A stretch of DNA of 64,000 nucleotides from Alloascoidea hylecoeti (lineage: Eukaryota): assembly GCA_001600815.1 (NCBI GenBank), contig BCKZ01000001.1, positions 2,132,662 through 2,196,661 of the forward strand. The letters run 5' to 3'. Both the position numbers and the translations under genes were made by a program. Positions 1 through 9,599 of the stretch are shown in pieces. Below the pieces are notes generated by a model. The model was given only the letters and a program-made list of their open reading frames with translations. It was not told the origin of the DNA and searched no databases. Each line of letters begins with the position of its first letter. The first letter of the stretch is position 1.

Positions 1-2183
1 CATCCTCTTCTGTTGTGACATCCTCTTCTGTTGTGACATTCTCTTCTGTTGGGCTATCTTTTTCATCTTTTGTACCATACTCATCCAGCAAATTCGTTTC
101 TTCAGGCTCAAGCTCTCTTGGTTCTTCGGTTCCATTAAGCAGTGTTGTTGATACTACCAGCTCAGGTGTTACAGGTTCAGCTACCAGTACTAACGGTATC
201 TCTACCAATGCATCAGGATCAAAAGGATCCACAGGATCAACAGCACCAACAGCACCAACAGCTTCCTCAATTGTTCCATTCTCCTCAACTATTGTATCCT
301 CTTCTGTTGTGGCATCCTCTTCTCTTGACCTATCTTCCTCATCTTTTGTACCCTCCTCATCCGGTAAATTCGATTATTCAGGCTCAAGTATCAGCACTTT
401 ATCTAATTCTGCTAGTTCTTGTGTCCCAATAAGCAGTGTTGTTGATACCACAAGCTCAGGTGTTACAGGTTCAGCTGCTACTACTAAAGATATCTCTACT
501 AATGTATCAGGATCCACAGTAACAACAACAACATCATCCTTTTCTGTGCCATTATTTTCTACTGTTGTGCCATCATTCTCATCCTTTGTGCTATCTTCCT
601 TATCTTTGTTAGCACCATCATCCAGTGAAGCTCCTTATTCAAACTCCAGTATCAGCACTTTATCTAATTCTGCCGGTTCTTCTGTCCTAATAAGCAGCGT
701 TATTGATATCACAAGCTCAGATGTTACAAGTTTACTGACTACTACTAATGATGCCACTAACAATCCATCAGGATCAGCTGGATCAACTGCACCAACATCC
801 TCTTCTGTTGTTGCATCATTTTCATCCAGCGGAGTCATTTCTTCCGGCTCAAGTATCAGCACTTTATCAAATTCTGCCGGTTCTTCTGTCCCAATAAACA
901 GCGTTGTTGATACCACAAGCTCAGATGTTACAAGTTTACTGACTACTACTAATGATGCCACTAACAATCCATCAGAATCAGCTGGATCAACTGCACTAAC
1001 ATCCTCTTCTGTTGTTGCAACCTCTTTTGTTAAGCTATCTTCCTCATCTTTGGCAGCATCTTCATCCACCGCACTCCTCTTTTCAAGCTCAAGTATCAAC
1101 ATCTTATCTAATTCTCTTGGTACTCCCGTCCCAATAAGCAGTGTAGTCGAAACTGTGAGCTCAGGGTTTGTAGATTCGATTACTATCACTACTACTGATG
1201 AAGTCACTAAAATAACATCAGGAATAACAATATCTATAGGATCACCAACATCCTCTCCAAATTGTTCCCCAGAACCATATTGTCCGGATTCAATTTGTGA
1301 TAATGAAATAACCCTAGTTACTGCAGAACCTAGGTATCAATTTGGTCTCCTTGAGGGATTTAGTGATACTTATAATGTTGACTTGACTGATGTTGTTAAA
1401 CCTTATAAGCCATCAGATGTTCTTATAATCTACTATACTTCAAATATACATGAACAGGATGTTTTGTACAACAAATTGCTCGAAGTCGATAGAATTGGAA
1501 ATGATACTGACCAATTTACGTTTACAGCTAAAATGGATACACTCGTTACACCTCCTCTTTTTGGTTACACATGTGTTGGACGCGTTTCTATTGTGGTTGT
1601 ATATTGTGTTGATTGGGATTCTGTCTCTGGTCACTGTATAGCTGATAATCAAGCTATTCACAATTCGAATTTCTACTGCTGGACCGATGATTGTACTAGT
1701 TCTATCAGCGCTTTACCACCATCTTCCTTTTCAATTTTGCTTTCATCCCCATCTTTGGTAGCATCTTCATCCAACGAATTTTTATATTCTAGTTCAAGTA
1801 TCAGCACTTTATCTAATTCTATCAGTTCTTCGCTTCCAATAAGCAGTGTTATTGAAACCACAAAATCAGGTGTTACAGGTTCAGTTACTACCAATCCATT
1901 AGGATCATCAGGATCATCGATCTCACCAGGCCCAGAAGGATTAGGACAAACAGGATCAGCAGAACAGACAGTTACTTCATCAAATCCTCCAGTAGTATCC
2001 CAAGACGATGAGAAGACAGCAATTGGTACTATTTCCGAAGTTCATTCAACATCTGGTGGAGTATTTGTTCCACCTTCAATATATCCAACAGATTCATCAT
2101 CTTTCAAATTAGGAATCTCAGTTCTTGATAGCACTGCAATTACAAGTTTGCTTCTTGTGGTCCATATTATATTATTCTTGTAG
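1..2183 (+). CDS. Ser/Thr-rich, probably GPI-anchored cell-wall adhesin/flocculin-like protein, 5'-truncated
   Basis: Frame is open from position 3, so the start lies upstream of the window. Repeated SSISTLSNS..SS.PISSV.DTT.S.VT blocks, a Cys-rich module at ~1255-1700, and a hydrophobic C-terminus (AITSLLLVVHIILFL) typical of a GPI signal. Confidence 0.8.
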   Translation, partial: SSSVVTSSSVVTFSSVGLSFSSFVPYSSSKFVSSGSSSLGSSVPLSSVVDTTSSGVTGSATSTNGISTNASGSKGSTGSTAPTAPTASSIVPFSSTIVSSSVVASSSLDLSSSSFVPSSSGKFDYSGSSISTLSNSASSCVPISSVVDTTSSGVTGSAATTKDISTNVSGSTVTTTTSSFSVPLFSTVVPSFSSFVLSSLSLLAPSSSEAPYSNSSISTLSNSAGSSVLISSVIDITSSDVTSLLTTTNDATNNPSGSAGSTAPTSSSVVASFSSSGVISSGSSISTLSNSAGSSVPINSVVDTTSSDVTSLLTTTNDATNNPSESAGSTALTSSSVVATSFVKLSSSSLAASSSTALLFSSSSINILSNSLGTPVPISSVVETVSSGFVDSITITTTDEVTKITSGITISIGSPTSSPNCSPEPYCPDSICDNEITLVTAEPRYQFGLLEGFSDTYNVDLTDVVKPYKPSDVLIIYYTSNIHEQDVLYNKLLEVDRIGNDTDQFTFTAKMDTLVTPPLFGYTCVGRVSIVVVYCVDWDSVSGHCIADNQAIHNSNFYCWTDDCTSSISALPPSSFSILLSSPSLVASSSNEFLYSSSSISTLSNSISSSLPISSVIETTKSGVTGSVTTNPLGSSGSSISPGPEGLGQTGSAEQTVTSSNPPVVSQDDEKTAIGTISEVHSTSGGVFVPPSIYPTDSSSFKLGISVLDSTAITSLLLVVHIILFL
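385..1890 (+). repeat. Intragenic degenerate repeats of the adhesin (about 200-260 nt period)
   Basis: AGTATCAGCACTTTATC-type core recurs near 387, 648, 852, 1092 (variant) and 1797. Segments ~648-815 and ~852-1019 are nearly identical. Confidence 0.85.
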
Positions 2184-2888
2184 AATATTAATAATATCAA
2201 TCATTCAACACACTCTTTTTTCTTATTTTTCTTTCACTATTCTTCATGTTAAATAATTGACATGTGCAATCATCCAAGATTTTATTTTCTTTAATATGAA
2301 TGAAATCTTTTCTCTTATATGCTCAAATACTGACTGTGGGAAGTTTGTTTTTTTCTTTTTATTAAAAAGTAATATACAGTACTATATTTAGATAATAATT
2401 ATATACTTTAATTAATAAATTAATATAAATGATTTTTTTCTTATTATTTTGATAATAATATGAATATTATGACAACATTTATTCATTATATTATTTAGCT
2501 ATGTGATATTTCATTAAATAACTATAGTAATTAATATTTGAATGACTTTTTTTTCTTCAAAATATCTGAAGATATATATAATTATCAATAATCACAAATT
2601 CGGATTTTTTTAACAATATTATACTTATATTTAAATTAAATTAAGTTATTACTGATGTAATTATAACTTATAGATATAGGCCTATATATCACAGTAGAAA
2701 AAGAAAAAGTTATACTACTATGCCATACGCACATCCAGAGACTCAAACTCTCAATAATCAGTATTAATTAATCATAGAAAATTTTTACAACTACTGGCAA
2801 ATAAATATAATTTAAAAAAAAATTCATCCATCAATTCACACCTTCAAAATTAACTCCTTTAATATATAAAACCTATAAAAATATATAA

Positions 2889-3205
2889 AAATGTTTGCAG
2901 CATGGTTTTACCCAAGCGTCCATTAGCCAATGGCTGGCCACAGTGTTTAGGAATATGCCGCCGCGAAAACATGATAGACCGAGTTACACAGTAAACTGGA
3001 ACTCAAAGTCTGATCTCGCTTTGATCTAAGATCCATCGACGGGGATAATCGTAATTTTGACTTTCAATGAACAAAAGTTCCATAGTTGGGACTTCCTTCT
3101 AACCCATTAGCTACAACCCTGGGTAACCAGAGGACCTAACAAGATAAAATTAACATCCTTCCTATTCTGTCTCCACTCGAGCGTCGAACCGCCACAATAG
3201 TTGTT
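2889..3205 (-). ncRNA. SNR30: snR30/U17 box H/ACA snoRNA (18S rRNA processing); 5' end approximate
   Basis: Minus strand carries m1 AUAUUCCUA (plus 2948-2956) and m2 AAACCAU (plus 2902-2908) in a hairpin closed by GCGGCAU/AUGCUGC, then an ACA box (2892-2894) and a T/A-rich tail. Confidence 0.9.
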
Positions 3206-3211
3206 GAAGAA

Positions 3212-3319
3212 TGAAAAATCACACCCAACAATATTATGACCGAATCTATTAAAGAAAAAAAAAAAACAGGAAAGTAAAAAACGATGAGGAAAATTTATAG
3301 TAACGACAATATTTACCCG
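3212..3319. promoter_or_regulatory. Divergent snR30/BMT6 promoter with RRPE-like, PAC-like and Reb1-like sites
   Basis: TGAAAAAT near 3212, poly(A) tract, GATGAG 3283-3288 followed by GAAAATTT, and TTACCCG 3313-3319. Confidence 0.55.
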
Positions 3320-3365
3320 GACTATGAGTATTATTAGGGCATTGAAAAATATTCACAATGTTTAC

Positions 3366-4424
3366 ATGAAAAACAAGAATCAAAATAAACAGCAGAGAAA
3401 GAGATCTGTTAATTCTCAAAAGACCAATGCTATATCTAAAGATGCTTCATTTTCTATAGCATTACCTATTGACAATACAGGACAATTAACGCTTAATTCT
3501 TCTCAGATTTTACAACTCTTCAAGTCTACATTTCAAGAAACATTTACAAATGACTATAAACTAACCAACCAAATACAAACAGTTAAAGGTGACCTTTATA
3601 ATCGAGACTATTTGAAAGCATTTGGAAGTTCAGAAAATCGGGAGGCTTATGTGGTAAGATGGACACCAGCAAGGGCATTGTGCTATACTTCGGTATATTC
3701 CAACATAAATCCTATCAGGACACTGCTACAAGATAAGTCCATTGTGAATGTTTTAAGTATTGGAGGTGGTGCTGGCTCAGAAATTATTGGTTTGACATCT
3801 TCATTTAGTGCACTAAATAATGGCAATGCAAATCACAAATTGCATGTTCATGTGGTTGATATCGCGGATTGGAGTGATATAGTTGAGAAAATAGNCAAGT
3901 ACATTCAATTAAACTGGGTTCATAAAGATAAAATAAAAGGAGATGATACAGCACTTTGTCTAAAAGAGCTTAAAATAAATGATTCTGCTGCGCCAATACA
4001 AGACATAAAAATCAGTTTTCAGCATGATGATATTTTAAATATACCTTCAACTCAAGTTAAAATTCCATTCTCTGAACTCAATTTAATCACTTTAATGTTT
4101 ACAACGAATGAGTTATTTGCAGCATCGAAAGTAAAAACAATTGAGCTGCTCAAAAATATTACAGAACAATGTAAGGAGGGAACGTTATTGTTAATAACAG
4201 AGAGCGCTGGAAGTTATTCAGAAGTTAAAGTTGGAACAAAAATGTTCCCAGTCCAAATGTTAACTGACCATACATTATGTGGAATAAATAGTAATGGCCC
4301 CTGGGAAATTGTAAGCCAAAATGATTCGATATGGTATAGACTAGAGGAAAATTTAAATTATCCTTTAAGATTAGAAAATATGAGATTCTTTTATAGATTA
4401 TACGAAAAACAATGTAAAGACTGA
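3366..4424 (+). CDS. BMT6: 25S rRNA uridine-N3 methyltransferase (Bmt6/DUF3115 family)
   Basis: Motifs YVVRWTPARAL, SAM-binding IGGGAGSE, LMFTTNELF, ESAGSYS, ENMRFFYRLY. ATG 3366 preferred over 3324, which abuts promoter motifs. Confidence 0.85.
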   Translation: MKNKNQNKQQRKRSVNSQKTNAISKDASFSIALPIDNTGQLTLNSSQILQLFKSTFQETFTNDYKLTNQIQTVKGDLYNRDYLKAFGSSENREAYVVRWTPARALCYTSVYSNINPIRTLLQDKSIVNVLSIGGGAGSEIIGLTSSFSALNNGNANHKLHVHVVDIADWSDIVEKIXKYIQLNWVHKDKIKGDDTALCLKELKINDSAAPIQDIKISFQHDDILNIPSTQVKIPFSELNLITLMFTTNELFAASKVKTIELLKNITEQCKEGTLLLITESAGSYSEVKVGTKMFPVQMLTDHTLCGINSNGPWEIVSQNDSIWYRLEENLNYPLRLENMRFFYRLYEKQCKD

Positions 4425-4572
4425 TGTTACGTTTAATATACAGGTATTATAATAGAATTATAAGGGGAAAGGTAGTTGATGCTATCATTATTATACATTA
4501 AAGAGAATAGATAATTTATTAAATGTACTTTTGTAGTAATTATTTGATTGTTGTAATACCGAATTAAAGCAT

Positions 4573-5158
4573 TTACTCTTCATCATCTTCATCTTCTTCC
4601 TCATCTTCTTCAGCAGAAACGTTGAAGAATTTGAGTTCGTAGACACCCTTTTTGACAGAAACAACGCGTAACCAGTCTCTCAATTGATTTTTCTTTAAAT
4701 ATCTCTTGGTGAGGTATTTAAGATATTTACCAGAAAACTTTGCAGAGGAAAGAACAATAACTTTGTCACCTTCTTCAGTAACGGTAATAGCATCACCGAG
4801 GTTACCAACATTACCATCGACCTTGATGTGTTCAACGAGGTATTTTGTGTAGGCTGGTGTATCAAAGATACCGTTGGATGAGGCCTTGGAGACGTCAATA
4901 ACGTACTAAAAAATGATGTTAGATAGCCAGCACAATCCTAAGATTTATATTATATAAAATACTTACTTTGTTGGCAGCTTTAGCTTTCTTTGATGTCTTC
5001 TATAACAATTTGAAAAATAATCTGTTAGCCTACTGCTCAATTTAAACAAAAGAACTGAACCGTGAGTGATAGAGTAGTAGCAAAGATCGTGNGAACTCTG
5101 CTAGCGTACTCCATCGAACAGCAAAGCATTAGAATCTAGAACGTACAATTGGAGCCAT
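4573..5158 (-). CDS. RPL22: 60S ribosomal protein eL22, 3 exons (5158-5147, 4999-4967, 4905-4573), 125 aa
   Basis: Spliced product [30 protein letters not shown]...[21 protein letters not shown]...acidic tail. Introns GTACGT..TAG and GTAAGT..TAG keep the frame. Confidence 0.95.
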
Positions 5159-5645
5159 TTTTTTTGTTTCGTGATGTTATGGTTGTAAACTACAATTCAA
5201 GATTGATATTCTATAGATCCAAGAGTTGAGCATCGTACTGAAATATACAGACGTAAATGTGACTGCTTTTTCTCGAAAACAGCTGATCCGCTGACTGTCA
5301 CATGCCTGTTTCAGCATCCCGGAAGTGCACGTCGCTATGTTACGGCTGATGACTGATGGGGATTCTAATTTCCTGTTGTTCACGCGATGATACCTTTTCT
5401 ATATATAGACACTATTATTTGGCTTTGAGTGGAAAAGATCATTTATTGCGGCTGAAGAAATTATGAAATTGCAGTTCTAATACGAGCTGGGAGATATATC
5501 ACCGAACACTAATTTTAAACCGACCGATCACTTTAGACTCTTTAAGCATTTATTTTCTGGGTCATTAATATTCTTGATCATTTTTCTCGAAATATATTTA
5601 TTTATTGGCACCGAATCCAGTAATAACAACTTCCAGATTAATTAA

Positions 5646-8600
5646 ATGAATTTTGGGCAGAACCAGTATTCCTCCCAGCGCATGGGATCTCCTACCGCAA
5701 ATCAAAACAGTGGAATGTCCCGTCCTAAACCGCCCACCAACCATAGATCTCGAACTGTTGGAGCTCAAACATTGCCCGAACTTCCGAAGTTTTCCAATAA
5801 TTTGAACGAAAATCTCTCAGAGTCTTGTAATGACAATACTGATAATAATTGCGCTGACAAAGATACATATCACGATGAATTTGTTGAGTTTCGTTTAGGT
5901 GGCCGAACTGAAACTACGGGTATCGTAGGTGGTTCTGAATCAAATAAGAAAGAGATGGAAATAGTACACTATTCACACAATAACAAATCCGTATCAAGTA
6001 TAGGATCATCAATAAAGCAAACTAATAAATTCGGTCCATCTTCTAGTATGTACCTGCCTTCTTCTGCGAGTATTCAAAAATGTAATTCACCAAACTCCTC
6101 ATCGATACCTATTTCGTCATCCTCTCTCGATTTACCATTTCCGAGCTCGAGCAGGGGCTCGGAAAAAAATCAGGAACGAGCCACAAGTTTAATATCTACA
6201 CNTGAATCTCAAACAACGAATGGAAACACTTTTCCTGTACTCCAGAACGCAGATACACAGAAGGATCCAAAAGAGAAACAACAAAAGACACAAGTTGCAG
6301 ATAAAATAATAGCAACTTCTGAGTCCAATGATTTCAAGGATAATGAGACAAAAGAAATAAAAAGTGATACGGACACTGATACAGATGATGACTGGGAAGA
6401 AATGCCAACTGTAGCTACGTATGATATTTTCGACTATAAGGGAAAATTAGTAGTTGAAAAAGAAGAAAATAACAACGATTCTATTGTGGATAAAGAAGCT
6501 AGCGCTGCCCATGGATACACAAGGGTTGCAGCTGATATGGAAGAGAATAAACTCACGACTGAGATTGGTGAACATACAGAATTTCTTTTTGATAATGAAG
6601 AAGGTGAAACAAGAAACACCACAGATCAATTACATGTTACAAAAGAAATGCTTACAGATGATGAGAAAATAGCATATGTTGGTTTGACTAAAGTTGCAAT
6701 TGTGGAGTTAGCGACAGAATTAGCACAACTTCATGGATCAAGAAATATTTCGAAGAAAATGGCCAGATCTTTTTCAGAAATGGCACATTGGAGTAAAATT
6801 ATTATGGATCGATTATATAATCATATGGGGCTTACCCCAGAAGAACAGCAAATGGTTGAGAAGCTTTCAGCTCATGGTATAGAACCATCAGATCTGGCAA
6901 AATACCTTAAAAAGACATCGCATGTCAAAAATCCACTTCATGTAGCACAAATTGAGGGAAAAGATGAATCAAATGATAGGGATAAGCACTCACCAGATTC
7001 AAACTCCGATTTAGATAGTATTTTCTCGGATGTTGTGAGACCAGAGCGAATAGAAGATCGAGAAATGATTGACTTGGATGTTAAATGGACCGCATTATGT
7101 GATTTATTTTTGATTTTGATTGGAGATGCAGTTTATGATGCACGATCAAGAACCTTATTAAAAATTGTTGGGGAAAGTTTGGGCATATCAAAACTAGAAA
7201 CAATGGAGTTTGAAAGACGAGTCACTAATTCGTTAGAAGTAAATGATACCACGGAGCAAACATGGGATGAATCTATTCATATGCATATTAGAAAAAAGAA
7301 GAGTCTAAAAAAGAAGTATATGTATGTTGGCTTAGCTACCTTGGGGGGAGGGCTTGTGCTTGGATTATCAGCTGGACTTTTGGCGCCAGTTATTGGATTG
7401 GGTCTTGCTGCTGGATTCAGTACGATAGGTATAGCAGGAACTTCTACATTTTTAACCGGAGCAGGAGGTGCTGCTATAGTCACTACAACTGCTGCCGCTA
7501 TCGGTGCAAAAATTGGTGGTCAAGGTATGACGAAACGAATGGGTGACGTCAAAACTTTTGAATTCATTCCATTTCACAATAATAAGAGATTAAATGTAAT
7601 ATTAACTATTTCTGGCTGGATGCTTGGTAAAGAAGATGATGTGCGATTACCATTTTCAACTGTTGACCCTGTTATGGGAGACTTGTATTCTCTAATATGG
7701 GAGCCTGAAATTCTTCAATCCATGGGACAAACAATCAACATTCTAGCCACCGAAGTTCTAACACAGAGTGTGCAACAAGTATTAGGTCAAACAGTATTAA
7801 CTGTACTAATGGCTGGTCTACAATGGCCTATGGCACTATCTAAATTAGGATATATTTTGGATAACCCCTGGAATGTTTCTTTAGACCGAGCATGGAAGGC
7901 TGGTCTTCTTCTAGCTGATACATTAATGTCACGAAATCTAGGGGTGAGGCCGGTAACACTGGTTGGTTTCTCAATTGGAGTTCGAGTTATTTATTCTTGT
8001 CTTGTTGAATTGGCCAAAAAGGGCGCTTATGGTCTTGTAGAAGATGTTTATTTCTTTGGCGCTCCGGTAGTTATTAAGAAAGATCAATTCATTTTGGCAA
8101 AATCCGTCGTTAGTGGAAGATTTGTGAACGGTTATTCATCCAAAGATTGGATTTTAGGGTACCTTTTCAGAGCAACAAGTGGTGGTTTAGCTAGGGTGGC
8201 AGGACTTGCTCCAGTTGAAGGTATTCACGGAGTCGAAAATTTTGATTGTACCAGCTATGTCAACGGGCATATGGGATACAGAAAAGCAATGCCTAAGATT
8301 CTAAAAGAACTTGGTTGGAACATTCTAAGTGAGGAGTTTGGAGAGATTGAGGATCCAGATCCAGATAGATATGAGCAAAGACAGCGTGAACTTATAGTTG
8401 AATTTGATGAAGCAAGAAAACAAATGGAAGAGGAGATTTCTAAAAAGGAAAACGCAGGTAAAAAGAAGAGTGTCTGGGATTGGATGAAGAGGCCTAAAAA
8501 GAAGGATTGGTGGGAGATGTATCAGATAGATGAGGACGCGACAAAAAAAGGTACCGATACCAATCCTAGTAACTCGAAATCTCCCGAAAGCAGTTCAAGT

Positions 8601-9476
8601 GGAAGAAATTCAGAAACAGTAGGCAATGGGGAGTCCATCACATTATTTGATATTGATGAGCTGAAAAACGAATCAAGCATGAAAAACAAAGAAGAACCAC
8701 CCGTTTCATCTGGTGCCCAATTACATTTACAAGAAGATGAAGAAGACTACTTTGATGACTATAGCGTACAAGGTTCAAGTAAAGATGGTAGTATCAGTAT
8801 GGGATTTGCACCCGATAACGATTCCCCAGCATCATTTAAAAGTGAATGTGATATTCTTCCGCCGTCATCAAATAGAGTTCTCAAAGACATTACAGTACCA
8901 GTTAGAACACGATCTAATTCATCTAAAAATCAATTCCAGAGCTCCGTCCCAAGGAGGATAGAAACGTTCAATACACCAATATCATTAGATTCTCCTTACT
9001 CACACAACTTCAATGGAATCAGGAGATCATCCATTCAAATGTCTGCCAAAGGAGAGTCATCCCTCCCTCATGATACATCTAACCATATAAATACTACACG
9101 ATCCAGTAAAACTAGATCTAGACAGAGTTCGTTAGTGTCGTCAAGGTCATCCTTAGACATGATGCAAACACAAGTACCAATAAATTTAGGTAAGTCCTCG
9201 AGATTTCCTTCCCTCAAGTCCCCTATTGAAAATAAGATCCTTCCGTCTACACCACACCAACAAGAATATTCTACAAACGAAACATTCACTCCGGACAACG
9301 AACTTAAAACCCCCATTTCTGACCCACCAACTTCTAATTATAAGACTCCCCATTCTAAGGATTCCAGCGAGACGCCAAATAAACTAGCGTCTTTCAAGGA
9401 AGTTTCTAACTACTATGATGATTATGATGATGAATTCGAAAATACTGGAGAAAACATCACAATGACGTTTGCTTAA
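5646..9476 (+). CDS. MIL1: Mil1/TMCO4 (DUF726) membrane protein with lipase-like domain
   Basis: YDARSR, Gly/Ala-rich hydrophobic segments, LDNPW, RPVTLVGFSIG, DWILGYLFRA; long disordered termini. Confidence 0.85.
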   Translation: MNFGQNQYSSQRMGSPTANQNSGMSRPKPPTNHRSRTVGAQTLPELPKFSNNLNENLSESCNDNTDNNCADKDTYHDEFVEFRLGGRTETTGIVGGSESNKKEMEIVHYSHNNKSVSSIGSSIKQTNKFGPSSSMYLPSSASIQKCNSPNSSSIPISSSSLDLPFPSSSRGSEKNQERATSLISTXESQTTNGNTFPVLQNADTQKDPKEKQQKTQVADKIIATSESNDFKDNETKEIKSDTDTDTDDDWEEMPTVATYDIFDYKGKLVVEKEENNNDSIVDKEASAAHGYTRVAADMEENKLTTEIGEHTEFLFDNEEGETRNTTDQLHVTKEMLTDDEKIAYVGLTKVAIVELATELAQLHGSRNISKKMARSFSEMAHWSKIIMDRLYNHMGLTPEEQQMVEKLSAHGIEPSDLAKYLKKTSHVKNPLHVAQIEGKDESNDRDKHSPDSNSDLDSIFSDVVRPERIEDREMIDLDVKWTALCDLFLILIGDAVYDARSRTLLKIVGESLGISKLETMEFERRVTNSLEVNDTTEQTWDESIHMHIRKKKSLKKKYMYVGLATLGGGLVLGLSAGLLAPVIGLGLAAGFSTIGIAGTSTFLTGAGGAAIVTTTAAAIGAKIGGQGMTKRMGDVKTFEFIPFHNNKRLNVILTISGWMLGKEDDVRLPFSTVDPVMGDLYSLIWEPEILQSMGQTINILATEVLTQSVQQVLGQTVLTVLMAGLQWPMALSKLGYILDNPWNVSLDRAWKAGLLLADTLMSRNLGVRPVTLVGFSIGVRVIYSCLVELAKKGAYGLVEDVYFFGAPVVIKKDQFILAKSVVSGRFVNGYSSKDWILGYLFRATSGGLARVAGLAPVEGIHGVENFDCTSYVNGHMGYRKAMPKILKELGWNILSEEFGEIEDPDPDRYEQRQRELIVEFDEARKQMEEEISKKENAGKKKSVWDWMKRPKKKDWWEMYQIDEDATKKGTDTNPSNSKSPESSSSGRNSETVGNGESITLFDIDELKNESSMKNKEEPPVSSGAQLHLQEDEEDYFDDYSVQGSSKDGSISMGFAPDNDSPASFKSECDILPPSSNRVLKDITVPVRTRSNSSKNQFQSSVPRRIETFNTPISLDSPYSHNFNGIRRSSIQMSAKGESSLPHDTSNHINTTRSSKTRSRQSSLVSSRSSLDMMQTQVPINLGKSSRFPSLKSPIENKILPSTPHQQEYSTNETFTPDNELKTPISDPPTSNYKTPHSKDSSETPNKLASFKEVSNYYDDYDDEFENTGENITMTFA

Positions 9477-9599
9477 CTTTTTATATGCTTATATAGTTTA
9501 TTTTTAACTTTCTTTTTAATATAAAAATAGAATATAAATAAACAGTTTAATTTTCATATATTATATGATTCTCTAACTCTAAATGGAAAAATGCAGTTC

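Noticed and set aside
635..1894. Antisense ORFs over the adhesin (635-1207, 1440-1661, 1673-1894)
   Set aside because: Shadow frames of low-complexity Ser/Thr repeats.
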